A stretch of 64,000 bases of DNA from Thermofilaceae archaeon (GTDB lineage Archaea > Thermoproteota > Thermoprotei > Thermofilales > Thermofilaceae): positions 96,001-160,000 of the forward strand of contig JAWCCZ010000004.1 in NCBI GenBank assembly GCA_038861545.1, read 5' to 3'. Position numbers and translations under genes: made by a program. The notes under the pieces are model-generated. The model saw only the letters and a program-made list of their open reading frames with translations, was not told the DNA's origin and did no database searches. Each line of letters starts with the position of its first letter. The first letter of the stretch is position 1. Positions 40,893 to 49,667 of this stretch are shown piece by piece.

Positions 40893-41028
40893 CAGGCAAG
40901 TAGATACGGCTACTAAATTAATGCTTCTACCAGTAGTAGCTAATTTCAAGAAGATTCATTAAAGCTCTGAATTTAGTTAGCACGCTAAGCTATTAAACCC
41001 CTTTTTTGCATACCTTATCGGTGAACAG

Positions 41029-41166
41029 ATGAAAGGCAGAACTTTCAAGTTTGAAGAAGAGGAAGAAGAATGGGAAGAAGAACTGGAAGAAGAGTGGGAG
41101 GAAGAAGAAGAGGAAGAAGAATGGGAAGAAGAAGAGTGGGAAGAGGAGGAAGAAGAAGAGTGGTAA
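41029..41166 (+). CDS. 45-aa Glu/Trp-rich acidic micro-protein (below ORF-track cutoff)
   Basis: MKGRTFKF-E6-W-E3-L-E3-W-E8-W-E4-W-E7-W-stop; GGTGA SD at 41020-41024; TATTAAA at 40991; synonymous GAA/GAG mixing. Confidence 0.8.
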   Translation: MKGRTFKFEEEEEEWEEELEEEWEEEEEEEEWEEEEWEEEEEEEW

Positions 41167-41273
41167 GTTTTAAAATATATTGAAAATAAATAAACTTTTT
41201 AATATTTCCAGGAATTTTATCAGTAGAATTAGGAACCATAAGCTATACTTGTATGCGGCTTTTAGTGTATCAA

Positions 41274-42131
41274 CTAAGTTAGCTCGGTGATGTCGAAAAC
41301 AAGCCTAGCTATTCTATTGAGTGAAGTCCATGCATTACCTAACTTTTGAACTTTTAGAAATTGTAATATGTTGGTGCATTGCACATTTCGGTGGGTTTCT
41401 AGAAAGCTGTATAGCGCGGCTTCTTGGCATTTGGCAAGCACCTCGGCTGTTGGAAGCAAACCCTTCACTGGCTTTGCCTGCGACATACGTTCAGCTTCAT
41501 CGCCTATCTCTTCGAGGATCTTAGCCACCAGCCTAGCATCCACCAAAAATACCCTTTCCTGGTTATTAAGAGAAGGCGAGCTCGCTAAACTTCTTATTAA
41601 ACGCACAGCTAAGAAATAAAGTCGATCCAATCTATCATCTCGACTCCGTACTGATTCTAATAATTCTGCATCTCCTTCCTCTAAACCCTTGGCAGCATCC
41701 AGGTACATACTTCTGGATACCGCATCCATCCGATATAGTACACTGCGTACATCGTACCCCTCTTTTACAAAGCATTGAAGCATTATGTGCTCTTTGTTTT
41801 CTTCAACTATTTCTAACCCGACTAATAGGTTTAAGAGTTTATGAAGCGATTCTGTAAAGTCTTTTGTCGGCTTTGTTACTTCTATTAATTCGTAACCTGA
41901 TAAGTATGCGGAAATTACATCTCTTGCCGTAGCCGAACCTAATGACTTCGCCTTAACCTGTACCTGCCCTTTGCCACTAACCGGCTTTATTAGCAGTCCT
42001 TCATCAAGTTGCTCTACCGAAAGCAGACCTCCCTGTTCAAGCCCTCTATCCTCAACCCATTTCTTGGGAAGAGATACATACGAGCTGTTTCCTATCTTTA
42101 CTATCCTTCTATAACTGGATTTCCTCTCCAT
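41274..42131 (-). CDS. AbrB-PhoU family phosphate uptake regulator
   Basis: RRIVKIGNSSYVSLPKKWV AbrB domain; SAYLSGY, GLEIVEE, DDRLDRLY, LEEIGD. Confidence 0.85.
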   Translation of the reverse strand: MERKSSYRRIVKIGNSSYVSLPKKWVEDRGLEQGGLLSVEQLDEGLLIKPVSGKGQVQVKAKSLGSATARDVISAYLSGYELIEVTKPTKDFTESLHKLLNLLVGLEIVEENKEHIMLQCFVKEGYDVRSVLYRMDAVSRSMYLDAAKGLEEGDAELLESVRSRDDRLDRLYFLAVRLIRSLASSPSLNNQERVFLVDARLVAKILEEIGDEAERMSQAKPVKGLLPTAEVLAKCQEAALYSFLETHRNVQCTNILQFLKVQKLGNAWTSLNRIARLVFDITELT

Positions 42132-42174
42132 CTCGGCAAGAAGCCACTCGAATACTTAAAAAGGCACTGTGATA

Positions 42175-43188
42175 CTATGTAATTCCATGCTGCCATACTT
42201 TATAGATCTCATCAGCTACGTAAACTTTTTTCAATCTCTCTACACAGCCGTCCACTCTGTGAAGCTCTACTAAACATCCCCTATAATTTTCTACTCTTCC
42301 TATGATTCCAGCCGGTATACCCTCCTTTTTTAAAGTTTCAACCGCTTCGTCGGCAAGGTGCGCTGGAACAGTGGCGATGAGAGCGCCTGAACTGATTAAC
42401 CGTAGAGGATCAATGCTTAAGGCTCTTGTTACAGTAGCAGTCTCCTCCGCTACTGGTATAGCGACTTCGTCTATTATTATAGTTTTACCAGAAGAATACG
42501 CTACCTCGGCTAAACCGCCTAAAAGTCCACCTTCTGTCGGATCATGCATCGCTGTAGCGAATCTTTTCTCAGCAAGGATCAGCGCCTCTTTTACCACACT
42601 TACTTCCTTTAAGAAGCCCATACCAACCTTTAAAACTTGCTCGGGTACACCCTTACTCTTTAAGATACCAGCAAAGTCAGTACAGAGTATAGCGGTGCCT
42701 TCAATGGCTGCACTTTTAGTCATTATTACAAAATCTCCGGCTTTCGCCCCGCGAGTCGAAACTATCAGCTCTCGATCTACAATGCCTATAGCTGTTGTTC
42801 CAGCAATTGGCCTATCAACTCCAGGTGTTACCTCCGTGTGCCCGCCAACAATTGCTATTCCCAACTCCTTTGCAGCATTATCAACCTGCGTCGCTATCTT
42901 CTCAATCACATCAGAAGCCTCTCTAGGGAGAAATAGTGTCATAAGGAACCAGCTTGGCCGAGCACCTGTAACGGCCACGTCATTAGCTACAATGTTAACT
43001 GCTAACCAACCCAGGGTCTCTACAGCACCGGTAATTGCATCATTGTGAACAACCAAAACCTTTCCGCAACCTATATCTATTACTGCGGCATCTTCACCTA
43101 AAGCCGGGCCTATTAGGACACGTGGATCATTCACTCCTAGTTTCTTGAACACATACTGCTCCATTAGCTCAGGCGGTAGCTTACCCAT
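42175..43188 (-). CDS. AIR synthase-related (HypE/ThiL-like) protein
   Basis: GEDAAV, NDVAVTGA, IVGGHTE, MHDPTEGG. Confidence 0.85.
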   Translation of the reverse strand: MGKLPPELMEQYVFKKLGVNDPRVLIGPALGEDAAVIDIGCGKVLVVHNDAITGAVETLGWLAVNIVANDVAVTGARPSWFLMTLFLPREASDVIEKIATQVDNAAKELGIAIVGGHTEVTPGVDRPIAGTTAIGIVDRELIVSTRGAKAGDFVIMTKSAAIEGTAILCTDFAGILKSKGVPEQVLKVGMGFLKEVSVVKEALILAEKRFATAMHDPTEGGLLGGLAEVAYSSGKTIIIDEVAIPVAEETATVTRALSIDPLRLISSGALIATVPAHLADEAVETLKKEGIPAGIIGRVENYRGCLVELHRVDGCVERLKKVYVADEIYKVWQHGIT

Positions 43189-43230
43189 CAGGGAATTGTA
43201 AGAACTGATTCTAAAAAACTATTGATGAAA

Positions 43231-43412
43231 GGCCCACTCCCTTCGAACCGGGGGCCTACCGGTTCACACCCGGCCTTTACCGGTGTCGACCGGCTACCGC
43301 GGTATCATTCAGCGCACAGCGCAGTCTCCGCGGGCAACCAGCTACAGCCGGCCGCTCTACCGCTGAGCTACGCGGGGCTTGGTCCCCGCGCCCGGAATCC
43401 CGGGAGCAGGCC
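43231..43412 (-). tRNA. Circularly permuted tRNA-Tyr(GUA), split at 59/60, with 78-nt insert at 37/38
   Basis: Order on the minus strand: leader (43412-43397), 3' piece TCCGGGCGCGGGGACCA (43396-43380), AG linker, 5' piece CCCCGCG..CTGTAG[43341-43264]ACCGGT..TTCGAA (43377-43242), trailer (43241-43231). Leader and trailer form a BHB; C1-G72/A73 Tyr identity. Confidence 0.92.
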
Positions 43413-43490
43413 ATTTCCCTTTAATTGAAAGGGGTATATAAGTTATAACTTGTACGAGCAGGCCTTCAGACTCTACCTCCATGAACTGTG

Positions 43491-44582
43491 TTACACGGAA
43501 GAACGTGTATAACACCCCACTTTTTTAACCAGATCTGAGAAAAATCGATAGCTACTTAATGATACATCAGGAGGTACCGAATGGTCAGAGCCAGCTATGT
43601 AACCTCCACCCCTAGCTGCGATGGGTACCTTTCTATTTACTTCTTCGCTTATTTTATCTGGACCAGCTGCAAGCGCCCTCGCGTCAATATTACCTATAAA
43701 AGCCAGTTTGTCACCATAGAGCTCTTTAAGCTCTCTCACATCCATGTTAGCCTTAACTTCCAATGGTTGGAGAGCCGTGAAACCTGCTTCGATGAAGTAG
43801 GGTATTAACGGTTTCACGTTGCCATCCGTATGCAGAATTGCTGGCTTCCCCGCCCTTCGAAAAGTGCTAATAACTCGGGCATGTTGCGGCATAACAAGTT
43901 CTTTGTAATGGTTGGGAGAAATGAAAGGACCACCCTTATATGCTAAATCATCCCAGACCCATATACTATCTAACCCTATGTCTTCAAGCGTCTCTGCGAC
44001 TTTAGATAGGAAACGCCCGATTCTCTCGAACATATAAATTAGCATTCGCTGATCCCTATAAAGTAACTTTAGAATCCTATCTATGCTCTCCCCAACAATA
44101 TGTCTTACATACTCGAAAGGTCCTAAAATGCTTGCAACGACGAAAAAGTCATGCTGAAGCTTTTCAACGGCCTTCTCCAAATCTCCCCTGAAGGGATAAT
44201 TTCTACTGCTGGCTCGGAATGGAAGCTCCGGATCGAGTAGAGGTTCTATGTATTCCTTAAAGTCGTCAAGCGTTTTTATAGCTGGCTCCACGGGCTGAGG
44301 CGTCCCGCTTTTCTCCCTCCACGACTTAACCATAACACCATAGGAATCGCGATAGATCAGCCATTCATTCCCCTCTTCAATTACTATGGAATCAAATTTA
44401 GGTGAAACATCGACGCCGAAATGGTAAATGTCGAAACCGAAGTACTTGTGAATAGAGACTGTGCGGGGCAGCCCTTCTTGTCTCCACCTTTCTATAGTTT
44501 CAGGCCAAGGAAAATCTATAAGCCCGACTCTATCCGCTTCCTCTAGGCGCAATAAACTGTAAATTCTCTCTCTCGAATCCAT
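43491..44582 (-). CDS. UroD/MtaA-family protein (probable corrinoid-dependent methyltransferase II-like)
   Basis: WDDLAYKGGPFISP, LHTDGN, LQPLE, FIGNID, GSDHSVP. Confidence 0.8.
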   Translation of the reverse strand: MDSRERIYSLLRLEEADRVGLIDFPWPETIERWRQEGLPRTVSIHKYFGFDIYHFGVDVSPKFDSIVIEEGNEWLIYRDSYGVMVKSWREKSGTPQPVEPAIKTLDDFKEYIEPLLDPELPFRASSRNYPFRGDLEKAVEKLQHDFFVVASILGPFEYVRHIVGESIDRILKLLYRDQRMLIYMFERIGRFLSKVAETLEDIGLDSIWVWDDLAYKGGPFISPNHYKELVMPQHARVISTFRRAGKPAILHTDGNVKPLIPYFIEAGFTALQPLEVKANMDVRELKELYGDKLAFIGNIDARALAAGPDKISEEVNRKVPIAARGGGYIAGSDHSVPPDVSLSSYRFFSDLVKKVGCYTRSSV

Positions 44583-44609
44583 AGAGGGATAAGGATCCTA
44601 GCCTCTATT

Positions 44610-46454
44610 TTAGGGTGATGCGTCTTCCTCGAAGTCTATGACCTCTATGCTGTTTCCTCTACTCTTTCTCAATTTTGTAATCGCTAACGCTGCAACGCAT
44701 AGGACTGTAGCACATCCCGCTAGTAGTATATCAGATGACACAACAGTGAGGGTCAAGTACTCTCCCCCGCTCCTTATGTTTAATTCTTGCGAAAGTCCTA
44801 GGTTAGTTACGCTTAAGACGTACCTACCGGGTATCAAATCCAAGTATGCTATCCCGTCAGACCCCGTTATCACCGAGTACTCGATAGGCCCTTTTACGTC
44901 AATCTTCATGTTCGGTAGAGGTCTTCCCAGGAGATCTACTAGCTTGATGTAAACTTTGCTTAGGTTGGCTACTACCACGTAACTGTTCCTGTCCCATTCC
45001 ACTTTAATAGTCCCGGAGTAGAGTAATGCTCCCTCACGAATAACTGTGCAATTGTAAACGCCGGGGGGCAAATCCTCAAACCTAATGACTCCCCCTCTTT
45101 CATATGTGTGTCTTATAATCTCCCCGGCGTTTAGCGTAAGCTGGTAGTTTCTCAACTTTTCCCCATTCGGATAAATCACGGCTATACTTACATCGACTAA
45201 GCTGGTTTTTATGAAAACATAAGTATCGCTATTTTCAACAGTGACTGTGCCACTCCCAACCTCAATACCATTTGAGAAAACCCTTACAGTATACTTCCCT
45301 GGTGGAATATGATCAAATTCGCAGCTACCCTTGACTATAGGTACGCTGTCATGAATCGCGTTGCTCTCACTATGTAAGACTGCTGTTAAGTTTTCTACAG
45401 GTTCTCCTTTGTAATCTACTGCACTAACCGCTACCCTAAACCCGAACTCCGGTAACTTAATTAGAGGGGCAAATCCGTATATTTCGGCGTCATACGCTAG
45501 CACGCTATTCCTGTAGGCTTGGGCGATAAGCTTACCAGTGGAAGTTGAAACTGATATGGAGACTTTTGACCCTTTACTCACAATTAAACCTTGGATAACG
45601 TAATTAAACCAACCTTCAGCGCTCACTTTAACCGGGCAAGAGAAGGATAAGCTGGTTCTATTAGAAGTCTTTGGCCAAGGTAGGCTAGAATTTAGTAAAC
45701 CATCAATAATACCTAGAGTCACTTTGTACTCATCATGCTCGCCACAAGTAGAGGGGATGTTGACATAGTTAAATGTAAGCCGCAAACCGTTAATGCTATA
45801 ATCTGAATAGTAGAGAGGAGTAACTCTTAGCTCTACTGAATCATTTCTTAACTTATTGACTAAAGGCTCGGGGGCATCGCCAGATACTATTATTACCAGC
45901 TCTTGGAAAGTTGTTTCACCTATAACGGAGGATATACGGATTTCTTTTTCTTCTATAATGGTGGCTTTAACGCGTATATCATCGATGTGAACCACGTTCC
46001 TCAATAAAGCTTCAATAAGGCATCCCCAGTATTTTTTTCCATTTAAGCTATCAGCTACTGTATAGACTGGAGGCTTAGCCTCGTATTCGTGAAACCAGAT
46101 TGACACCATTTTCGGCTTAGTCTCAAATCGAGTTAAGTTAACCATAGCGAAATCCTCGATAATTGCTATACCTTGATTTAAGCGTGGAAATACAATTTTC
46201 CCATCAATAGCGATCGTGTGGGGTTTAAAAGGCGTGGTCGAATCGACTCTTAATACCATCCAGGAAGCATCTTTGGGGGGTGTCACATCTAACCTACAGT
46301 GATCATCCCAGAATAGTAAGAAATAGTCCCGGCTTACGGTACCGTTATCCAATAGATAAGTGACCTCAGCTACAAAAAGCCTTAATGGTTGAGCTATTGC
46401 AAGGCAAACTGATAGCGCTACTAGGATTACTACTAAGGCTACGTAAACCCTCAC
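44610..46454 (-). CDS. Surface protein with repeated carboxypeptidase-regulatory/Ig-like domains
   Basis: Signal peptide; repeats VDYKGEPV..PPGKYTV, YPNGEKL..PPGVY, VDLLGRPL..IPGRY; C-terminal TM. Confidence 0.7.
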   Translation of the reverse strand: MRVYVALVVILVALSVCLAIAQPLRLFVAEVTYLLDNGTVSRDYFLLFWDDHCRLDVTPPKDASWMVLRVDSTTPFKPHTIAIDGKIVFPRLNQGIAIIEDFAMVNLTRFETKPKMVSIWFHEYEAKPPVYTVADSLNGKKYWGCLIEALLRNVVHIDDIRVKATIIEEKEIRISSVIGETTFQELVIIVSGDAPEPLVNKLRNDSVELRVTPLYYSDYSINGLRLTFNYVNIPSTCGEHDEYKVTLGIIDGLLNSSLPWPKTSNRTSLSFSCPVKVSAEGWFNYVIQGLIVSKGSKVSISVSTSTGKLIAQAYRNSVLAYDAEIYGFAPLIKLPEFGFRVAVSAVDYKGEPVENLTAVLHSESNAIHDSVPIVKGSCEFDHIPPGKYTVRVFSNGIEVGSGTVTVENSDTYVFIKTSLVDVSIAVIYPNGEKLRNYQLTLNAGEIIRHTYERGGVIRFEDLPPGVYNCTVIREGALLYSGTIKVEWDRNSYVVVANLSKVYIKLVDLLGRPLPNMKIDVKGPIEYSVITGSDGIAYLDLIPGRYVLSVTNLGLSQELNIRSGGEYLTLTVVSSDILLAGCATVLCVAALAITKLRKSRGNSIEVIDFEEDASP

Positions 46455-46582
46455 ATAACAAGTTTAGGTAAAGGGAATCGTATTAGTGACAGACTTTCAA
46501 TAAAGCTAAGACAGGGGTATTACGCGTGTAAGCTGCTAAATATGATGGAATACCCGCAACCCTTTAATGTTAGCACCTTAGA

Positions 46583-46915
46583 TTGTGTGTGATGAGTAGA
46601 GAAAGTGAGAAACCCAGTAAAGTACTTGTATTCCTAGTAAGTATACCAGCTCTTCTGCTGATTCTCATATGGTTTTTAACTGAGGGATTCAAAGTACAGC
46701 CTTCCTTGCCCCACCTCTTCTCTAGAATAGTTCCTTTAGCATTAGCTGTAGTAGCATCCGTTATAGCATTGCTGGCATACGGAACAGCAAAGGATGAGGA
46801 ACCTGAATGGGAAGAGACTTTCATTTTTAAAATAATAGAGGGGGTAGCATTAGTTTACATAGTCTTGGCTGCCCTCTTCTCCGCTATTATAGTCTTCACC
46901 TATTTTATTACCTAG
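46583..46915 (+). CDS. Small 3-TM membrane protein
   Basis: Three hydrophobic helices. Confidence 0.65.
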   Translation: MCVMSRESEKPSKVLVFLVSIPALLLILIWFLTEGFKVQPSLPHLFSRIVPLALAVVASVIALLAYGTAKDEEPEWEETFIFKIIEGVALVYIVLAALFSAIIVFTYFIT

Positions 46916-48358
46916 CTACTCGAGTAGACTTCTCAACGCCTTTAATTCCTCCTCTCTCTTAGCTAGTTCTTCTTTAAGCCTTTTATTTTCACTCTCAAGC
47001 TCTTTAACTCTGGCTTCCAATACTGTTAACGTCTTCAGCTTTGATGCGAGTTCAGCTTCCTTAGATTTAAGTTCGGCTTCCTTAGCCTCGATTCTCTCTC
47101 TTAATTCATTCAATAAGTTTTCTTTAGTTAAAAGAGAACGTTGATAACCAATTAATTCTTTTTCTTTATCTAAAAGTCTCCTTTCCCAATCTTTAAGCTT
47201 ATTTTCCCGTTCAGTGATATCTTTTAACGGTTTTAATTTTTCTTCAAGACCTTCCTTGTCTTTTTTAATTTGTTCTTCAAACTCTCTTAACTTTACTTCC
47301 TTATCTTCAACCTCTTTTCTTAGAATTTCATACCTATTAAGTAACCTATTTAACCTGGATTCCCTCTCTACAAGCTCTTTTTCCCATTCAACCATTTTAT
47401 TCCAGCGTGCAGCTAACTCATCATCCTTCCTCCTCAATCCATCTTCTCTAATTTTTAGCTGCTCCTCTAACTCTCTCAGTCTTGCTTCTTTCTCCCCGAG
47501 CTCGCGTGTAAGTTTTTCAAGCTCAATTCTAGCTGTTGATACCTTCTCGCTTTCTACAGTAAGCGATGCTTTGAATTTCTCCAGTTCTATCTCTTTCGTC
47601 GAGATTTCTCTTGACTTTTCATCGAATTCCTTAATAATTTGCATTAAATTATCATACATTTCTTTTAACGTATGAGCTAACTCCGGTAATGGTTCAATAT
47701 TTCTTGCATTGTTAAGAGTTACTTTCAGCATTTCTTCATAGCTTTTTAATCTCTCTTCCCATTCCTTGATTGTAATTTCTTTTTTCTCTAACTCTTTGGA
47801 TTTCTTATCTAATTCACGGATGTTCACTATTAAATTTGCATATTCGTCAATAGCCTTAGTGTATCGCTCCGCGGCTTCCACTAGTGATTTCATTGTGGTG
47901 GTAAGGGTATCTCCGATGGATACATTTTTTTCTTCTAAATTTTTAGTCAATTCTATTAACTTATCCATAGCATCTTTAACCGCTTGTAAGGTCGGATTTA
48001 CCTTTGTGTCGAGTTGATTTAGGTTTTCAGAGAATATCTTTAAACTTTCACTTAAACCGGCTAAAGTACCTTCCAGTTGAGCACTGATATTCGAAAACCT
48101 TGTAACAGCATCTTCAAGTTTAGCTCTAGACCCTTCTATGTCGCCTCTTTGCCTTTGCAACAGGTCAACTAGGTCAGCCAGTATGGCCCTTTGTTCCTCC
48201 AATAGAGCTACCAATTGAGCTTGTAACACTCTAAACTGTTCAGAAAGGCGAGACCCTATTAGTTCAGCCTGTTTCGAAAGGGCTGCATCTATTGCTTTAC
48301 TCTGTTCCTCTAGTCTGCCGAGGATTTCGGTTAACGCATCTTCCCTTCTCCTTAGCAT
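46916..48358 (-). CDS. Long coiled-coil protein
   Basis: 480 aa almost entirely heptad repeats; no Walker motifs or TM. Confidence 0.75.
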   Translation of the reverse strand: MLRRREDALTEILGRLEEQSKAIDAALSKQAELIGSRLSEQFRVLQAQLVALLEEQRAILADLVDLLQRQRGDIEGSRAKLEDAVTRFSNISAQLEGTLAGLSESLKIFSENLNQLDTKVNPTLQAVKDAMDKLIELTKNLEEKNVSIGDTLTTTMKSLVEAAERYTKAIDEYANLIVNIRELDKKSKELEKKEITIKEWEERLKSYEEMLKVTLNNARNIEPLPELAHTLKEMYDNLMQIIKEFDEKSREISTKEIELEKFKASLTVESEKVSTARIELEKLTRELGEKEARLRELEEQLKIREDGLRRKDDELAARWNKMVEWEKELVERESRLNRLLNRYEILRKEVEDKEVKLREFEEQIKKDKEGLEEKLKPLKDITERENKLKDWERRLLDKEKELIGYQRSLLTKENLLNELRERIEAKEAELKSKEAELASKLKTLTVLEARVKELESENKRLKEELAKREEELKALRSLLE

Positions 48359-48410
48359 ACCTCTAACCTGAATATAGTATTTAGGAAAGAGGCTTTAATA
48401 CTATCGTTGC

Positions 48411-49031
48411 TTATTCCTGTTTATCCTTGCTCTCTTCCTTGCTACTTTTCAGTGTTAGCGATAAATCTGTCAGTAATACACCCAAGTCATTTACCTTTGC
48501 CGCCATACCTTCCTCTAAGCACTTTACCCGCATTTCCAAATCATAAATGAGAATACTAAATTCCTCTAGCTTTGATTTCAGCCCGTAGATTTCCTCTCTC
48601 ATGACGGCTACTTGGTTGATCAACTCGTTAACCCTATTTTTATTTTCTAATTTAAAAGCTTGAATATCCTGATCGATTAAATCAACTTTTGAAGTTAGGC
48701 TACTAAGCCTACTTGCAATACCGCCTAACCCTAAATCCAGCATTGCCTTCACATCCCTATCAAGTCTATCAAGCAAGTTCTCAAACGTCTTTACAATACC
48801 CTCAGATTGCTCAAGCAACCTACGTCTCTCCTCCTCAAGAGTTCTCCTATCGGCTTCTAATAGCTCTCTGAGCTTTGAACTCTCATCCCGTAAAGCCGAT
48901 ATATGTTCGCTAATATTTTCTAGGTACACTTTCAAAGCATTTACACCGTCACTTAACCTTCTCACACCTACCGTTAACGCCGGCAGCAGTTCTTCCTCTA
49001 ATTCAACGTATTCTATTTCACTGCCACTCAT
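48411..49031 (-). CDS. Coiled-coil protein
   Basis: 206 aa, heptad pattern. Confidence 0.7.
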   Translation of the reverse strand: MSGSEIEYVELEEELLPALTVGVRRLSDGVNALKVYLENISEHISALRDESSKLRELLEADRRTLEEERRRLLEQSEGIVKTFENLLDRLDRDVKAMLDLGLGGIASRLSSLTSKVDLIDQDIQAFKLENKNRVNELINQVAVMREEIYGLKSKLEEFSILIYDLEMRVKCLEEGMAAKVNDLGVLLTDLSLTLKSSKEESKDKQE

Positions 49032-49075
49032 ATGTAAAAGATTTAGTACCTAGGATATATATCAACCGCGTAGAA

Positions 49076-49339
49076 TTAGTATTCCTCTAAACCTTCCTCT
49101 GATTCACTACCTTCAAGATCTTTTGAAATTTTTATCTCAAAGATTATTAGCGCGGCGAATATTGCTGTTAACACTAAGCCTAATGAGATAAAAGTGCTTC
49201 TAGCTTGCTCTGTAGGAGCTATCCAGGGATAACCTCCTAAGATCACCATTTCATCGCCGGAACCCAGTTTAATGGGAACCCAGTATAAGATCAAGGCCAG
49301 TGATAGCAATGTTATTACTATTATGGCGCTAAACCTCAT
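49076..49339 (-). CDS. Small 2-TM membrane protein
   Basis: GAGGTG SD, two TMs, acidic tail. Confidence 0.7.
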   Translation of the reverse strand: MRFSAIIVITLLSLALILYWVPIKLGSGDEMVILGGYPWIAPTEQARSTFISLGLVLTAIFAALIIFEIKISKDLEGSESEEGLEEY

Positions 49340-49357
49340 TTAACCACCTCGTAAATT

Positions 49358-49416
49358 GGTCAGCTCGTCGCGAGACGATCACCTCTCACGCACCCCTGGG
49401 ACGGCTTCTTCATCCC
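49358..49416 (-). ncRNA. Probable C/D-box methylation guide sRNA
   Basis: Minus strand ggg-ATGAAGA(C)..GTGA(D')..GTGATCG-like(C')..GTCTCGCGACGag-CTGA(D)-cc; 54 nt C-to-D. D guide is complementary to CGUCGCGAGAC (23S H93 region, recalled from memory). Confidence 0.65.
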
Positions 49417-49667
49417 GAGAGAGGAAAACAGCTAAGCTAAAAGGGTTACGCCTCTAAGTCCAAATGCACTCTAGGTCTCTCTAGATAAGTTATCTACTCT
49501 AAATTCTATTATGATTATTTCTGTTAATACTTCCTTAGAAAATTTAATAAATCTTTAAATATTTTCGTTCAAAAAATTAAACTCCTTCGGTAAGCCAAGT
49601 ATGAAAACTTTCGAGTTACTATTAGCTAGGTGCCTTTTTCCCTAGGTTACAGTAATGTGCTCCAGAC

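Noticed and set aside
41045-41239. 64-aa Leu/Pro-rich minus-strand ORF
   Set aside because: Antisense shadow of the Glu/Trp micro-protein, which has the promoter and SD.
42302-43048. 248-aa plus-strand ORF and similar antisense ORFs in the track
   Set aside because: Fully antisense to motif-supported genes; shadow frames.
43222-43428. 68-aa ORF here and ORFs at 55240-55575 / 55274-55501
   Set aside because: They overlap GC-rich tRNA genes; spurious.
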